A stretch of 63,354 nucleotides of DNA, counting the filler, from Reclinomonas americana ATCC 50394 (Eukaryota): assembly GCA_048213135.1 (NCBI GenBank). It is 13 parts of 13 records of this genome, joined end to end, with 100 filler letters (N's around TTAATTAATTAA, not from the genome) between each part and the next. Parts side by side here need not be neighbours in the genome. Positions count along the whole stretch, not along the records: positions 11,155 to 27,232 come from AFZH01023949.1; positions 27,333 to 28,468 come from AFZH01023950.1; positions 28,569 to 41,868 come from AFZH01023952.1; 10 more parts are not named here. One strand, 5' to 3'. The notes beneath the pieces are model-generated. The model did not search any database. It worked only from the letters and a program-made list of their open reading frames with translations, and was not told the origin of the DNA. Shown in pieces: positions 23,118 to 33,401 of this stretch. How positions within the stretch are numbered: position 1 is the stretch's first letter; each line of letters begins with the position of its first letter. The position numbers and the translations under genes are program-made.

Positions 23118-25103
23118 TCAAAGCCACACCTCCCCCGTGGACGAGACGCGGGCCACGGCCCATTGCCTGGCGATCATGGCGTCGACGTCTTGGTCCGAGA
23201 AGTCCGCGGCGTCCATGGCCATGCAAAGAAGATGACTCGGCCGCGTCATGGCGACGTAGTGTTGTTTCAGACTATCGCGGATCGTCGCCGAAGTCTGCTC
23301 ATCTCCATGTCGCGCGCCCAAAAGCCAAGGCTTCAGTCGCGCGAGGTTGTTCCCCCGATAGAAGGTCTCCAACACCAACGTGGCGGTATGGGTCTCGCCC
23401 TTGGCGGCATGGATAGAACCGACATCGATCTCGAGCTTTCCGGCCGCATGGGCGTAGCTGAAAGTATTGGAGGCAGGCGTTTCATCTTGCTGGGAGCCCA
23501 AAGGGGTCCAGTCGAGAAAGGCACCGACATCCCCCGGCTCACATCCAGCTATCGCAGCAGCCACGCGCGTCCAACGCGGCACCCATTTCTCGGCCCACTC
23601 TTGTTCGTCGGCAGGCAGACGCCCTCGCGCCACCAGTTCGACAAGGCCAAGATAGATCCGCCGGGCTGTATCATCGTCGCCAAGCGCATCCAGGACCTCA
23701 AGATGTCTTCGCTCACGCCGTGAGACCTTGGCGTTGGGGTCTGCCAGACGCGCTAGATGCAACACGGCTCCGGCGATCTGATCGACCGTCTGACGAACGT
23801 CACCATGCTTGGACCTCGCCGTGGCCAAGGCCTGGACAAAGCGCGTGGGCCGGGGGTCCAGGCCGGATCGCTCATGGTCGTAACCGGGGCAGTAATCGCC
23901 AACCACAAGATGGTCCGATCCGTCGACGCGAGGCTTGTGGACGTGGCCGATCGCCGTGAACCGACCGTCCTTGAGCATGCCCGCCGGGACATGGGCGAGG
24001 ATTCGTCGCGCGAACGTCGGCAGGACTTGCGCTACCGCGGCGCGTTCGAACAGAAAGATCGCGTGGCCTGGCGTCGGTGAGGCCTGCCGCATCCCCACCA
24101 ATCCGGCCGGCTTCGGCGCCACTGGATCGGCCAGCGCCGCAATGGCCGAGCAGAACCGATGACTATTCGCGATCGGCCAAGCGCAGCCGTCACGTGGAAA
24201 AGCATCGGTGGACGCGACGGCATCGCTGGCGTCGGCATGGCCGAAGATGGCCTGGTTCATGTCGCCGAACCGCTGCCTTACCGCGCTGCCCTCCCCCGCG
24301 GTGAAAAGGCGATGGAGAATCCGAGCCTGAGGCTCGGTCGTGTCTTGAACCTCGTCGATGAAGACGATCGGAAAACGCCGGCGGATATCCCCCACGAGAC
24401 TCGGCGAGCGCGCCAGCAGGCTCTCGGCCCAGAGGAAAATCTCGTCGTAGCGGAGATAGCCTTCCGCCATTGAATCCACGAACGCCGACCGGAGCGCGTG
24501 ATAGGCTTCGCCGTCCTTTCGCAGGTTCCCTCTGCCCCATTTGACGTCCCCAAGATCGCCATCGGCATCCAGCACCTGGAGCTTTCCAAGCTCGACCCCG
24601 GCTGTGGCCATGCCGGACCTTGTCTTGAAAGGCAGCTTGGCCGTCCTGACCCGATTGGCGAACGCATCGTCGATGAACCGCGGTACGATGCCTTGGGATC
24701 GAAGCGCGGGTCCTGCCACGAACTGGTTCACGAACCCGTGGATCGTGCCGACGAAATGCGGATAGGCCAGCAGACGATGCCCGCCAGCGGCTGGTGCCAG
24801 CCTCGTCTCGATCTCATGTCGCGCGACATTGGTATGGGAAATGACGCAGATGCCCTGACCTCGCCCCTGCCAGTCGCGAAGCATCAAGGCGAGTTTGGCG
24901 ACAAGCAGGGTGGTCTTCCCGCTTCCCGGACAGGCGGCGACATCGAGATCCCCGAGATGCGCCAGAACACCTCTGCGCGCATCGGCGCCGTCCTCGCCGA
25001 GGAACGCGTTGTCCGGCAGGCCAAGTTGTTGCGCCGCCCACCTAAAATCGTCGTCACCATACTGGATGGTGTCCCAGCCAGCCCTGCGCGGCGCCAAGCT
25101 CAT
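23118..25103 (-). CDS. UvrD/Rep-like SF1 helicase (GajB-like), 661 aa
   Basis: ACPGSGKTT, FIDEVQDT, GDMNQAIF, NSHRF, SIHAAKGETH, YVAMTRP; 4-nt ATGA overlap with the upstream OLD gene. Confidence 0.92.
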   Translation of the reverse strand: MSLAPRRAGWDTIQYGDDDFRWAAQQLGLPDNAFLGEDGADARRGVLAHLGDLDVAACPGSGKTTLLVAKLALMLRDWQGRGQGICVISHTNVARHEIETRLAPAAGGHRLLAYPHFVGTIHGFVNQFVAGPALRSQGIVPRFIDDAFANRVRTAKLPFKTRSGMATAGVELGKLQVLDADGDLGDVKWGRGNLRKDGEAYHALRSAFVDSMAEGYLRYDEIFLWAESLLARSPSLVGDIRRRFPIVFIDEVQDTTEPQARILHRLFTAGEGSAVRQRFGDMNQAIFGHADASDAVASTDAFPRDGCAWPIANSHRFCSAIAALADPVAPKPAGLVGMRQASPTPGHAIFLFERAAVAQVLPTFARRILAHVPAGMLKDGRFTAIGHVHKPRVDGSDHLVVGDYCPGYDHERSGLDPRPTRFVQALATARSKHGDVRQTVDQIAGAVLHLARLADPNAKVSRRERRHLEVLDALGDDDTARRIYLGLVELVARGRLPADEQEWAEKWVPRWTRVAAAIAGCEPGDVGAFLDWTPLGSQQDETPASNTFSYAHAAGKLEIDVGSIHAAKGETHTATLVLETFYRGNNLARLKPWLLGARHGDEQTSATIRDSLKQHYVAMTRPSHLLCMAMDAADFSDQDVDAMIARQWAVARVSSTGEVWL

Positions 25104-27046
25104 GACGCCGCCGGCGTGACATGACGAAGGGCCGAGACGAGGTAGCCCGGCAACCGCGCCAGCAGATCAGTCTTGGAAAAGGCGCCGCGAACGACCTTGT
25201 GTTCGAGGATTCCGGCCAGGTATTGGGCCGCTATGGCCTTCGACGCCCCTTGATCGAACAAGAGGTAGATACGGGTCGCCCGTTCGTCGGCTGGCAGCCC
25301 GGCCAAGGTCGCGCGATAAAGCTCAATGGCGGCGCGTAGCGTGGCCCGGGTGGATACCTGCGTTCCATCCGCCAGCGCCAAGCTTGCGGCGAGATAGACT
25401 TCTTCGGCCAAGCCATGGAAAGCCAGATCGTACTCGAAGGTCCATTCGTCAGCTACGAAGGTCTCGACCGATTGGCCCGAGGCGCGCGCGACAATCCGTG
25501 CGCGCTGCTGCGAGAGTTGCTCGCCTGGGAAGTCCGACTTCATGCGCCAGCGGCGCCTGTTTCTCGCCGGCGCGACACCCTGATCATCAAGAAGCCCACG
25601 CAGCTCGGGTGCGCAATCGGGCATGACGTCGAAATCGGTAATGCAGGCCACCGGCGTGCCGATCACGCCGGTGGCCGGATCGGCACGCTGGAATATTCGG
25701 GCGTAGCGCCCAAGACCTACCCCGCCCACGTTGACGATCGAAACGCCATGCTCGGTCAGGTCCAGGCCTACCAGCCGCGCGATCGTCGGGATGACGATAG
25801 CCTCGGCGTCGCCCTCGACGATCAGCACGCCGCGAGCGAAGAAGAGATTGGCCTTCGTGACGTCGAGGAAGCGTTGAAGAAATGCGTAGTCCCTGCGATC
25901 GAGGCGGGTGTGTCGCGGGCCCAAGGGAAAGGCCTTTCCGCCGCGCAGCAACACCAGCCGACTAAGATCGATGGCCGAGGCCAGGTTGGGACTGTGTGTC
26001 GTCAGCACGACCTGCAGCGGAACCTCGTCGGCCTGGGCCTCACGGCTTTGACGCGCGAGGAACTGGATCAGCCGCAGCTGTCGCTGAGGGTGGAGATGCG
26101 CCTCGGGCTCCTCGATGAGAAGAAACGGAAACCCTTCCCCCTCGTAGCGTAGCAGCAGGAGTTCTGTGGCTATGAACAGCAGGTTGTTCGAGCCCAGCCC
26201 TCTGGCCGGCGGCGGTTCCAGACGCCCTTCGTCTCGAAGATTGAGCTCCAATTTCTCCAGCAGTTGCCGCAAGCGGACGGCATTCTCCGCCGCTGCGCCG
26301 CCGACATCGATCTCGCCCCGCAGCCGATCACCAACAAAAGACAGCGCCTCAAGGTAGTCGGTGTTCAGGCGATCGCGCGCCTGACGCACGCCCTGGTGCT
26401 GACGAAGCAGATGGTTGGCGTAGTCGCCGATCCCCAGGACGCTGAGATTGGCCGGCTCCAGATCGTCGTCGTCGGCAAACCCCACCCCATGATCGGCGAC
26501 CTCCCGCGTATGTTGCAGGATCTGGGAAAGCCGCGAGCCTCGCCCTGCCGACAACGCCTGCTCGGCGTCGCGAAGAGGCCGAAGATAAGTTGCGCATAGG
26601 GCCTGACGCGCCTCGAATTCGAGCGGCGGCCCCTCCCCATCCGCGCCGGATCGGATTTCGGTCTGAATGAACCGGCGCGCGCCGCGTGACGTCGGCCACG
26701 CTCGCCAGGTCAAGCTGAGACTGGCGCGTCCATCGTCGTCATAGGTAAGGTGCTCTAGGAAGGAAGAGCGGTCAGCCGCGCTCAGATCGTCGAAGCGAAC
26801 GCGAATTCTCGCGTCCGTGGCGGCCGCTGCAGCACCAGGCGGCTGATGAAAATCACTGTCCGAGACACGGAGCGTTTCGAGGCCCCGCACACCCAGGACC
26901 AGCCGAAGCCCATCGACTATCGCCGTCTTGCCAGCGTCGTTTTCACCGACAATCGCGGTCAGCCCCGTTTCGAGCGGCAGATCGAGGGCTTGGCCCCCAG
27001 CCCCGAACGCTCGGAAGTTCTCGATCCTCAGCGATGAAAGCCGCAA
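25100..27046 (-). CDS. OLD-family ABC-ATPase/TOPRIM nuclease (GajA-like), 648 aa, TTG start
   Basis: IENFR, Walker A GENDAGKT, GLGSNNL, LLIEEPEAHLHP, TTHSP, TOPRIM VEGDAE and TDFD. Confidence 0.92.
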   Translation of the reverse strand: MRLSSLRIENFRAFGAGGQALDLPLETGLTAIVGENDAGKTAIVDGLRLVLGVRGLETLRVSDSDFHQPPGAAAAATDARIRVRFDDLSAADRSSFLEHLTYDDDGRASLSLTWRAWPTSRGARRFIQTEIRSGADGEGPPLEFEARQALCATYLRPLRDAEQALSAGRGSRLSQILQHTREVADHGVGFADDDDLEPANLSVLGIGDYANHLLRQHQGVRQARDRLNTDYLEALSFVGDRLRGEIDVGGAAAENAVRLRQLLEKLELNLRDEGRLEPPPARGLGSNNLLFIATELLLLRYEGEGFPFLLIEEPEAHLHPQRQLRLIQFLARQSREAQADEVPLQVVLTTHSPNLASAIDLSRLVLLRGGKAFPLGPRHTRLDRRDYAFLQRFLDVTKANLFFARGVLIVEGDAEAIVIPTIARLVGLDLTEHGVSIVNVGGVGLGRYARIFQRADPATGVIGTPVACITDFDVMPDCAPELRGLLDDQGVAPARNRRRWRMKSDFPGEQLSQQRARIVARASGQSVETFVADEWTFEYDLAFHGLAEEVYLAASLALADGTQVSTRATLRAAIELYRATLAGLPADERATRIYLLFDQGASKAIAAQYLAGILEHKVVRGAFSKTDLLARLPGYLVSALRHVTPAAS

Positions 27047-27423
27047 ATCTCGCCCCGTCTCGCGGCGATTCTACGGGTCGCCGTCCGGTAGCAAGGCTAT
27101 CCCGGACTCGTTTTCCATGCACGTCCGTCTTTTTAAGAAGTCCCCAAGACGAGGCTGGACCCAAACCGACGCAACCGACATCAGCAAAGAGTCAGGTCCG
27201 TTGGTCCTCGAGCCCGCCCCCTGGCCGCCCGCNNNNNNNNNNNNNNNNNNNNNNNNNNNNNNNNNNNNNNNNNNNNTTAATTAATTAANNNNNNNNNNNN
27301 NNNNNNNNNNNNNNNNNNNNNNNNNNNNNNNNCGTCTACGTCAAGGCTTGAGCCCGCTGCGGCGGTTCGGCTGATGGACAGGGGCCCGGCACGTCGCTAT
27401 CGACGGCGCCGGGGAGCCTGTTC

Positions 27424-27813
27424 TTGAGCGCAGCCAAGTCCATCAGAGCGAGATCCTGGGTCGCGATCATCGCGGCCTATGTGCTCGTGCTGCAGGGGCT
27501 GTTCGGCGCGGTCGTGTCCGGACAGAGCCTTGCACCGGCGCTGCTCGACCGCGCTACGCATCTCACTCTGTGCGCGCCTGGCTCTGAGAGCGTCCCGCTG
27601 CCGGGCGAGGAGCCTGCCCCGCATCTGCCGGCCTGCTGCCTGCTCGGCTGCGCCTGGATCGGCGCGGCCTATGCGCCGCCCGACCGGCCTGCGCTCCTCG
27701 AAGACGCCGAGCCCGGCGTCACGATCGTTGGCTTCGACGACCTGACCAAGCGGCCGCTACCGGGACAGGAACGGCTTGCCGCCCGCCCGAGAGGGCCTCC
27801 CGTCCAGACCTGA
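27424..27813 (+). CDS. DUF2946-like small membrane protein with Cys motif and C-terminal RGPP
   Basis: N-terminal hydrophobic helix (WVAIIAAYVLVLQGL), LC, CCLLGC and terminal ARPRGPP; lies upstream of a PepSY-TM gene. Confidence 0.75.
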   Translation: MSAAKSIRARSWVAIIAAYVLVLQGLFGAVVSGQSLAPALLDRATHLTLCAPGSESVPLPGEEPAPHLPACCLLGCAWIGAAYAPPDRPALLEDAEPGVTIVGFDDLTKRPLPGQERLAARPRGPPVQT

Positions 27814-27820
27814 CGCCGCT

Positions 27821-27839
27821 GCGGCCTCCGGGCCGCTTT
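27821..27839 (+). promoter_or_regulatory. GC hairpin just after the DUF2946 stop codon
   Basis: GCGGCC-TCCG-GGCCGC followed by TTT; only a short U tail, so a terminator role is uncertain. Confidence 0.3.
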
Positions 27840-27914
27840 CCGTGCAATGACCGAATGTCCCGCCAGCCAGTGCGCCAGCGGCATTTCGGCAGGTCCATAT
27901 CGGGAAATCCAAAC

Positions 27915-28468
27915 ATGACCGCTCACGCGGATATAAGCACGCGCGCCGACGCCGGCCGCGCCTTTGCTTTGTCGTCAGAATTCAAGGCCTTCATCGCAAG
28001 GCTGCACTTCTATGCCGGGCTGTTTGTCGGCCCGTTCATCCTGATCGCGGCGCTGACCGGCACGCTCTATGTGCTGACGCCCCAGATCGAGGGCCTGATC
28101 TATCGCGAGCAATTGACGGCAACGACGACGGGCGAGCCCGCCTCGCTCGCCGCCCAGGTCGAGGCCGCGCGCAAGCACATCGGCGAGGGGCCGCGCTTCT
28201 TTGCCATCCGCCCCGCACCAGCCGCGGACCGGACCACGCGCGTGATGTTCGCGCAGCCTGGCTTGGGGGATTCCGAGAGCCGGGCGATCTTCGTCGATCC
28301 GGTCTCGCTGGCAATCAAGGGCGACCTCATCGTCTACGGCACCAGCGGCATCCTGCCGTTCCGGACGCAGCTCGACTATCTCCACCGCAACCTGCTGCTC
28401 GGTGAGTTCGGCCGCAACTACAGCGAGCTGGCAGCGTCCTGGCTCTGGGCGGTGGTGCTCGGCGGCGT
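27915..28468 (+). CDS. PepSY-associated TM helix domain protein (3' truncated)
   Basis: RLHFYAGLFVGPFILIAALTGTLY, IFVDP, LHRNLLLGEFGR..ELAASW. Confidence 0.88.
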
Positions 28469-29023
28469 NNNNNNNNNNNNNNNNNNNNNNNNNNNNNNNN
28501 NNNNNNNNNNNNTTAATTAATTAANNNNNNNNNNNNNNNNNNNNNNNNNNNNNNNNNNNNNNNNNNNNGTCATGATCGTCGTCGCTGACGTAGCCGGAGC
28601 TTGACTTGGAGCCCATGATGATGATGTGTTGTTGTGGTTGTTGTAAAAGTTAAGAAAGTATAGTGTTGGGGGGAAGTTGTGTGCTCTCTGCACGTTCTGC
28701 TAAATGCTGACTGACGAAGCAACACGCGTGGACGGCACATATAAATAGAGGCAGGAATGTGCGAAAATAACTCTGAGCGATTCGGCCATGAAAGTGACAA
28801 CTATTATCGCCCAACCACCTCTCACAAGCCACGGCAGTTGTGTGCGACATCTATTCCCGTGTGTACACGAGTCTTCACTAGCGACAGTCAACAACAACAA
28901 CAACAACAACAACAATGGCCTCCTTTAAAGCAAAAGAAAAATCAATAGAAACACTGACAAACAGGCACGAAACTGACATACAGTGTGCATGCATGCAAGA
29001 GATAGACAGAGAAAGGAAGAGGG

Positions 29024-30002
29024 TCAGTGATGCTCACGGACATTGGTCTCGCCCTGCAACGCCTGCAGTGCCGCCTCCAATGCCGCATTCGCATCCTCAG
29101 TCACCATGTGACTGACACCGAGTGCCCTCTCGGCCTGCTCTGCAGCCACTCGCAAATGCCGCACCGCCTCGGCTGCAGCAGACACCGTGAGACCAACGCG
29201 AGAAAAAAAACGAAACGACGAGGTGCACCCCCCACACGCACAATTCTTGCCCGAGAGGCACAGCATCTGGCCGAGTTCTATCTTCACACGCAGCGTCTTC
29301 TCCGACGTGTCTCCCTCGCGCTTCCTCGACGCCTCCAGCGCCCTGCACGACGAAACCACGATAAGAACTCCGTCACACCTGCGCCGCGCAACGCGGATCG
29401 TGCCCGCACCTCGCCATCATCTCCTCGGCCTGATCAAACAAAAACTGCGCGGCAAACGCTCGCCCCAGCTCCAACACTGTCGATCGTCAGTTGCGCGTGG
29501 TACGTACGATGTTGCGAAAAAACACGACGTACAGACGCACCAGTGGCGATGACTTTCGGATCGTTGGCATTCAACACCGACTCACGCGTGACGAGACACT
29601 CGCGCAGCTTGTGCTCCGCCTCCTCCGCGTGCCCTGTAGCGCACCACGATCGATCCATTCAATGACATACGTAACAGAAACGCATCATATCATGACAATC
29701 GATCCACCACACCTGCTCTCCGCAACGCCACGCCCAGATCATGCAACGCCTGCAGCGTCTCCTCGTGATACCCTCCATGCACCTTTGTTCTCACCTCCAC
29801 AGTCTCCCGCCTGCATTCATTCACGTCACGCACGTGTTTGGCAGACAGCGATTGACGACAACACAAAGAAGACGCAACGCCATTCTGACTTCCTCTTCCA
29901 GTCGCGCCTACGTACGTCACACACAAGAGAGACAGAGAGAGAGCTCAAACACGAGCGCGCGAAATGTGTCATTCACATAGTGGCGATCGCAACCTTTTCC
30001 AT
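29024..30002 (-). CDS. Small TPR protein (kinesin-light-chain-type TPR repeats), multi-exon
   Basis: Spliced segments VRTKVHGGYHEETLQALHDLGVALRRAG, AEEAEHKLRECLVTRESVLNANDP and AERALGVSHMVT; ATG 30002 is followed by a donor at 29993. Confidence 0.7.
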
Positions 30003-30215
30003 GGCAAACGCATCGTCGGTGCGTGAGTACTTTCGACTGTGTGCACACCCCATTCGCTTACAAACGCGTACACACACGCACACGAGAAAACGATGACGAT
30101 TCGATCACTCTGATGCAATCAATCGATCACTCGTTCCTTCGCCTTCTCCCAACGCGCACTTCCACTTCCTTCCTCTTCACTCCACCAGTCACTGCCCACC
30201 AGTCACACACAAAAC

Positions 30216-31742
30216 ATGGCGATCCGTTGCGCTGCTGCTCTCTCCCACTCGTCACTCACTGTCTCACTCTGTCTCACTGTTCACTCTCACACAGGTGCAC
30301 AGTTTGAAAACAGCAGCGAGATTGGCGTCTTCTCCAAGCTCACCAATGCCTACTGCCTCGGTACTGTCTCAGCAAGAGAGGGCGAGAGAAAGTGTGTGTG
30401 TGCACATGAGCGGCACATCACGCTCACTCTTCTCCTCTTTGTGTTTGTGTGTGTGCAGTCGGACTGACGAGCTCGGCCAACTTTTACTCCATCTTCGAGG
30501 CGGAGCTGGCGGAACACATTCCCGTGGTCTACGCCACCATTCACGGAACAAAGATCATTGGTCGTCTGTGTGTGGGTGCGTTCTCTCTCCCCCCCCCCCA
30601 CTCAACCCTCTCTCCATCCCTCCACTCTCTCCGCACACATACACAACCTCTTGCATCTCCACTCCAGCGACTGACATTGCAATGTCCGTGGTGGTGTTAT
30701 TTTTGGCTCTCTCTCTCTCTCTCTGCAGGAAACAAGCATGGTTTGGTGGTGCCGAGCACGACCACCGATCAGGAGCTGCTGCATTTGCGTAACTCGCTGC
30801 CGGACTCGGTCGTTGTGCAGCGAGTCGAGGATCGATTGTCGGCACTGGGAAACTGCGTGGCGGCCAATGATCATGTGGCCCTGATTCACCACGAGCTCGA
30901 TCGGGTGTGTGTTTGGGAATGCCGATGTGCAGTTCAGCAGCTCCAGAGAGATGTGGCGATGCAGCTTCATCGTTCACTGCATGTTCCTGTCTCCGTTACC
31001 TCACATTCATTGTTCTCCTCCTTCACCGTCTCATTCTTCTTCTTGCTTCTGCTGCTTCTTCTTCCTCTCCTCCTTCTTCTTCTCTTTCCTCCTCCTTCTT
31101 CTTCTCTTTCCTCTTCTTCCTCTCCTTCCTCTCCTTCTCCTGCTTCTTCTCCACTCTGCCATCATCCTCCCTCTCTCATTTTCCTCTTCCACCATCACAT
31201 CCTCCTCCTTCTCCTTTTCCTCCTCCTCCTCCTTCGCCTCCCTCCCTCCCCTTCCTTCTCCCCCTTCTCCTCCCACTCACTCCCTCCTCCACCACCCTGC
31301 AGGAAACCGAGGAAATCATCGCCGACACACTGCGTGTGGAGACCTTCCGCCGTGACATTGCCGGCAACGCGCTGGTGGGATCCTACTGCGCATTCACCAA
31401 CAATGGCGGCATGGTGCACCCGAAGACACCGGTGGCCGAGCAGGACGAGTTGAGCCAGATGCTGCAGGTGCCGCTGGTGGCCGGCACGGTCAACCGAGGT
31501 AGCGATGTGCTCGGTGCCGGCATGGTGGTCAATGGTTTGGTGGCTTGCTATCTTCGCTTCACCACTTTGGTCTTCACTCACTCACATCAACGCACACGAC
31601 GGCAGACTGGTGCGCCTTCTGTGGTGTGGACACGACATCGACGGAGATTTCGGTGATTGAGAGCATCTTCAAGCTGCGCGACGCCAAGCCGCAGGCGATT
31701 GCGACGAGAATGCGCGACGCCCTCATTGACACGCTGACGTAA
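30216..31742 (+). CDS. EIF6: Eukaryotic translation initiation factor 6, multi-exon
   Basis: Spliced [82 protein letters not shown]. Confidence 0.97.
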
Positions 31743-31876
31743 TGAGGTTGGACACGCGCGGTCTGCGACAACGCATAGTAATGTTTGTTAGATGGGGCGC
31801 TGCGATTGTGCGGTGTTTGTATTGCGCAGTTAATGTGTTGAATGACGAATGGGGGCGGTGGGAAGGGGGTGGTCCA

Positions 31877-33319
31877 TTAGAGCGACGCCGACGGTAGTTC
31901 GCTGGGATGGCCGTCGTTGACGGCGACCCAGCCGTCGCCGGTAAAGGTGACCTCGTCGACCAGCAGCTGGCGCGGGTGGCCGCCGCCCATTTGGTTTTGG
32001 CGCCTGCGCACGTGATCAGTGGTGGTGAGCGTGGACGAGGTGTCAGGGGGATAGGGGGAGGCGCGCACCAGGCGTGATAGATCATGAAGTAGTCGCCGTC
32101 CTTTTGCACCACACTGCAGTGGCCGGGTCCCTGGAACAGGCCCATCATTGGCTGTGTGCGCGTCGACAGAATGGGATCGCCGCGTTTTACGTAGGGGCCC
32201 GTGACGGCTGACTGTGCTGTCAGCAAAGACGACACCGCAACGGGGCAGAGGAGGGGGGTGGACGCAACAAGAGGCACGAGCGACACCGACGGCGTATGAC
32301 ATGTCGGCGTATCCCGAGCCGCTGTAGAACAAGTAGCTGTGTGCGTGCGTATGCAAGCGTCAGCGACGGAATGCAGTGGACGGGGGGAAAGAGCACGACC
32401 GCTCGCAACTAGTAGCTGCCATGCGGCACAATCCATGGTCCCTCGACGACTCCGTGCTCCCACGACAGATCACTCTGCATCACACCGCAGAGTAAGAAGA
32501 GGAACAGCAATTCTCCTTTGCCTCGAGCTCTTTTGCCGCACCTGAATGAGCGGCTTCATCTGCGTGCCTGCGACAAAGGAGAGACCATTGGCCACCAGCG
32601 GCTGGATGTAGATGACCGAGGGCTTCTGCGGCCGTGCGCCGTTGCCGTCGGACTTGAAGATGAGGTAGTTCTGACCCTTGTCTTGAATGAACGAGGCGTC
32701 GATGAAGCTGCGCGCATCACCTGGTCAACCTTCCGCATGGAGGAGACAACCCGAGGAGGCACTACGACGCAACCCCATGGTCGTGTTGTGGATCAGCGGA
32801 TGGCCAATGTCCACGTACGGTCCCAGGGGCGACAAGCTGTTGGATCGCGCTGTACCGACACACAGCACACCGTCCTGCTTGTTGCGCGCGGTAAAGTACA
32901 CCACGTACTGGCCCGGCGACGGCGAGTGGATCTCCGGAGCCCAAAAGTCGCCACTGGCCCACGCCGGCAACTGCACGGGACCGTCGACACTGGGGAACAC
33001 GAATCCCTTGTGCTCCCAGTGCACGAGATCGGTGGAGACCAAGATCGGGAAAATGTCGGGACCGGCGCCCGAGAGGTTGCTGGTGGTCACGGCGTAGAAC
33101 ACACCGTTGACGTTGATCACCCCGGGGTCGGGACTGTTCTCGATAAACACCTGCGCATGAAGGAGAGAGTGTGTGTGAGTGTGTGAGTCTGTTGTCAACG
33201 CGTGCATGTGCATTGTTGTGACAACGCACGGGGTTGGTGAAGACGCCATGTGCAACGAGTGGCAGTGTGCACATGCAGAGTGTGATGGCGGCCACCACAA
33301 GCAGGCCACGCGAGTTCAT
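31877..33319 (-). CDS. Secreted glycoside hydrolase family 43 (five-bladed beta-propeller), multi-exon
   Basis: Signal peptide, FTNP|VF..SPDP (general base), STDLVHW, WAPEI, FIDA (pKa modulator), VVEGPWI (general acid), YLFYSG, GPGHCSV, IYHAW. Confidence 0.88.
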
Positions 33320-33401
33320 TGCACTCTCTCTTGATTCAAAAAAATAGCGAACTGAACACAATCGATGATGGACTGACGCGATGAATTCATCATTGTTGGT
33401 C

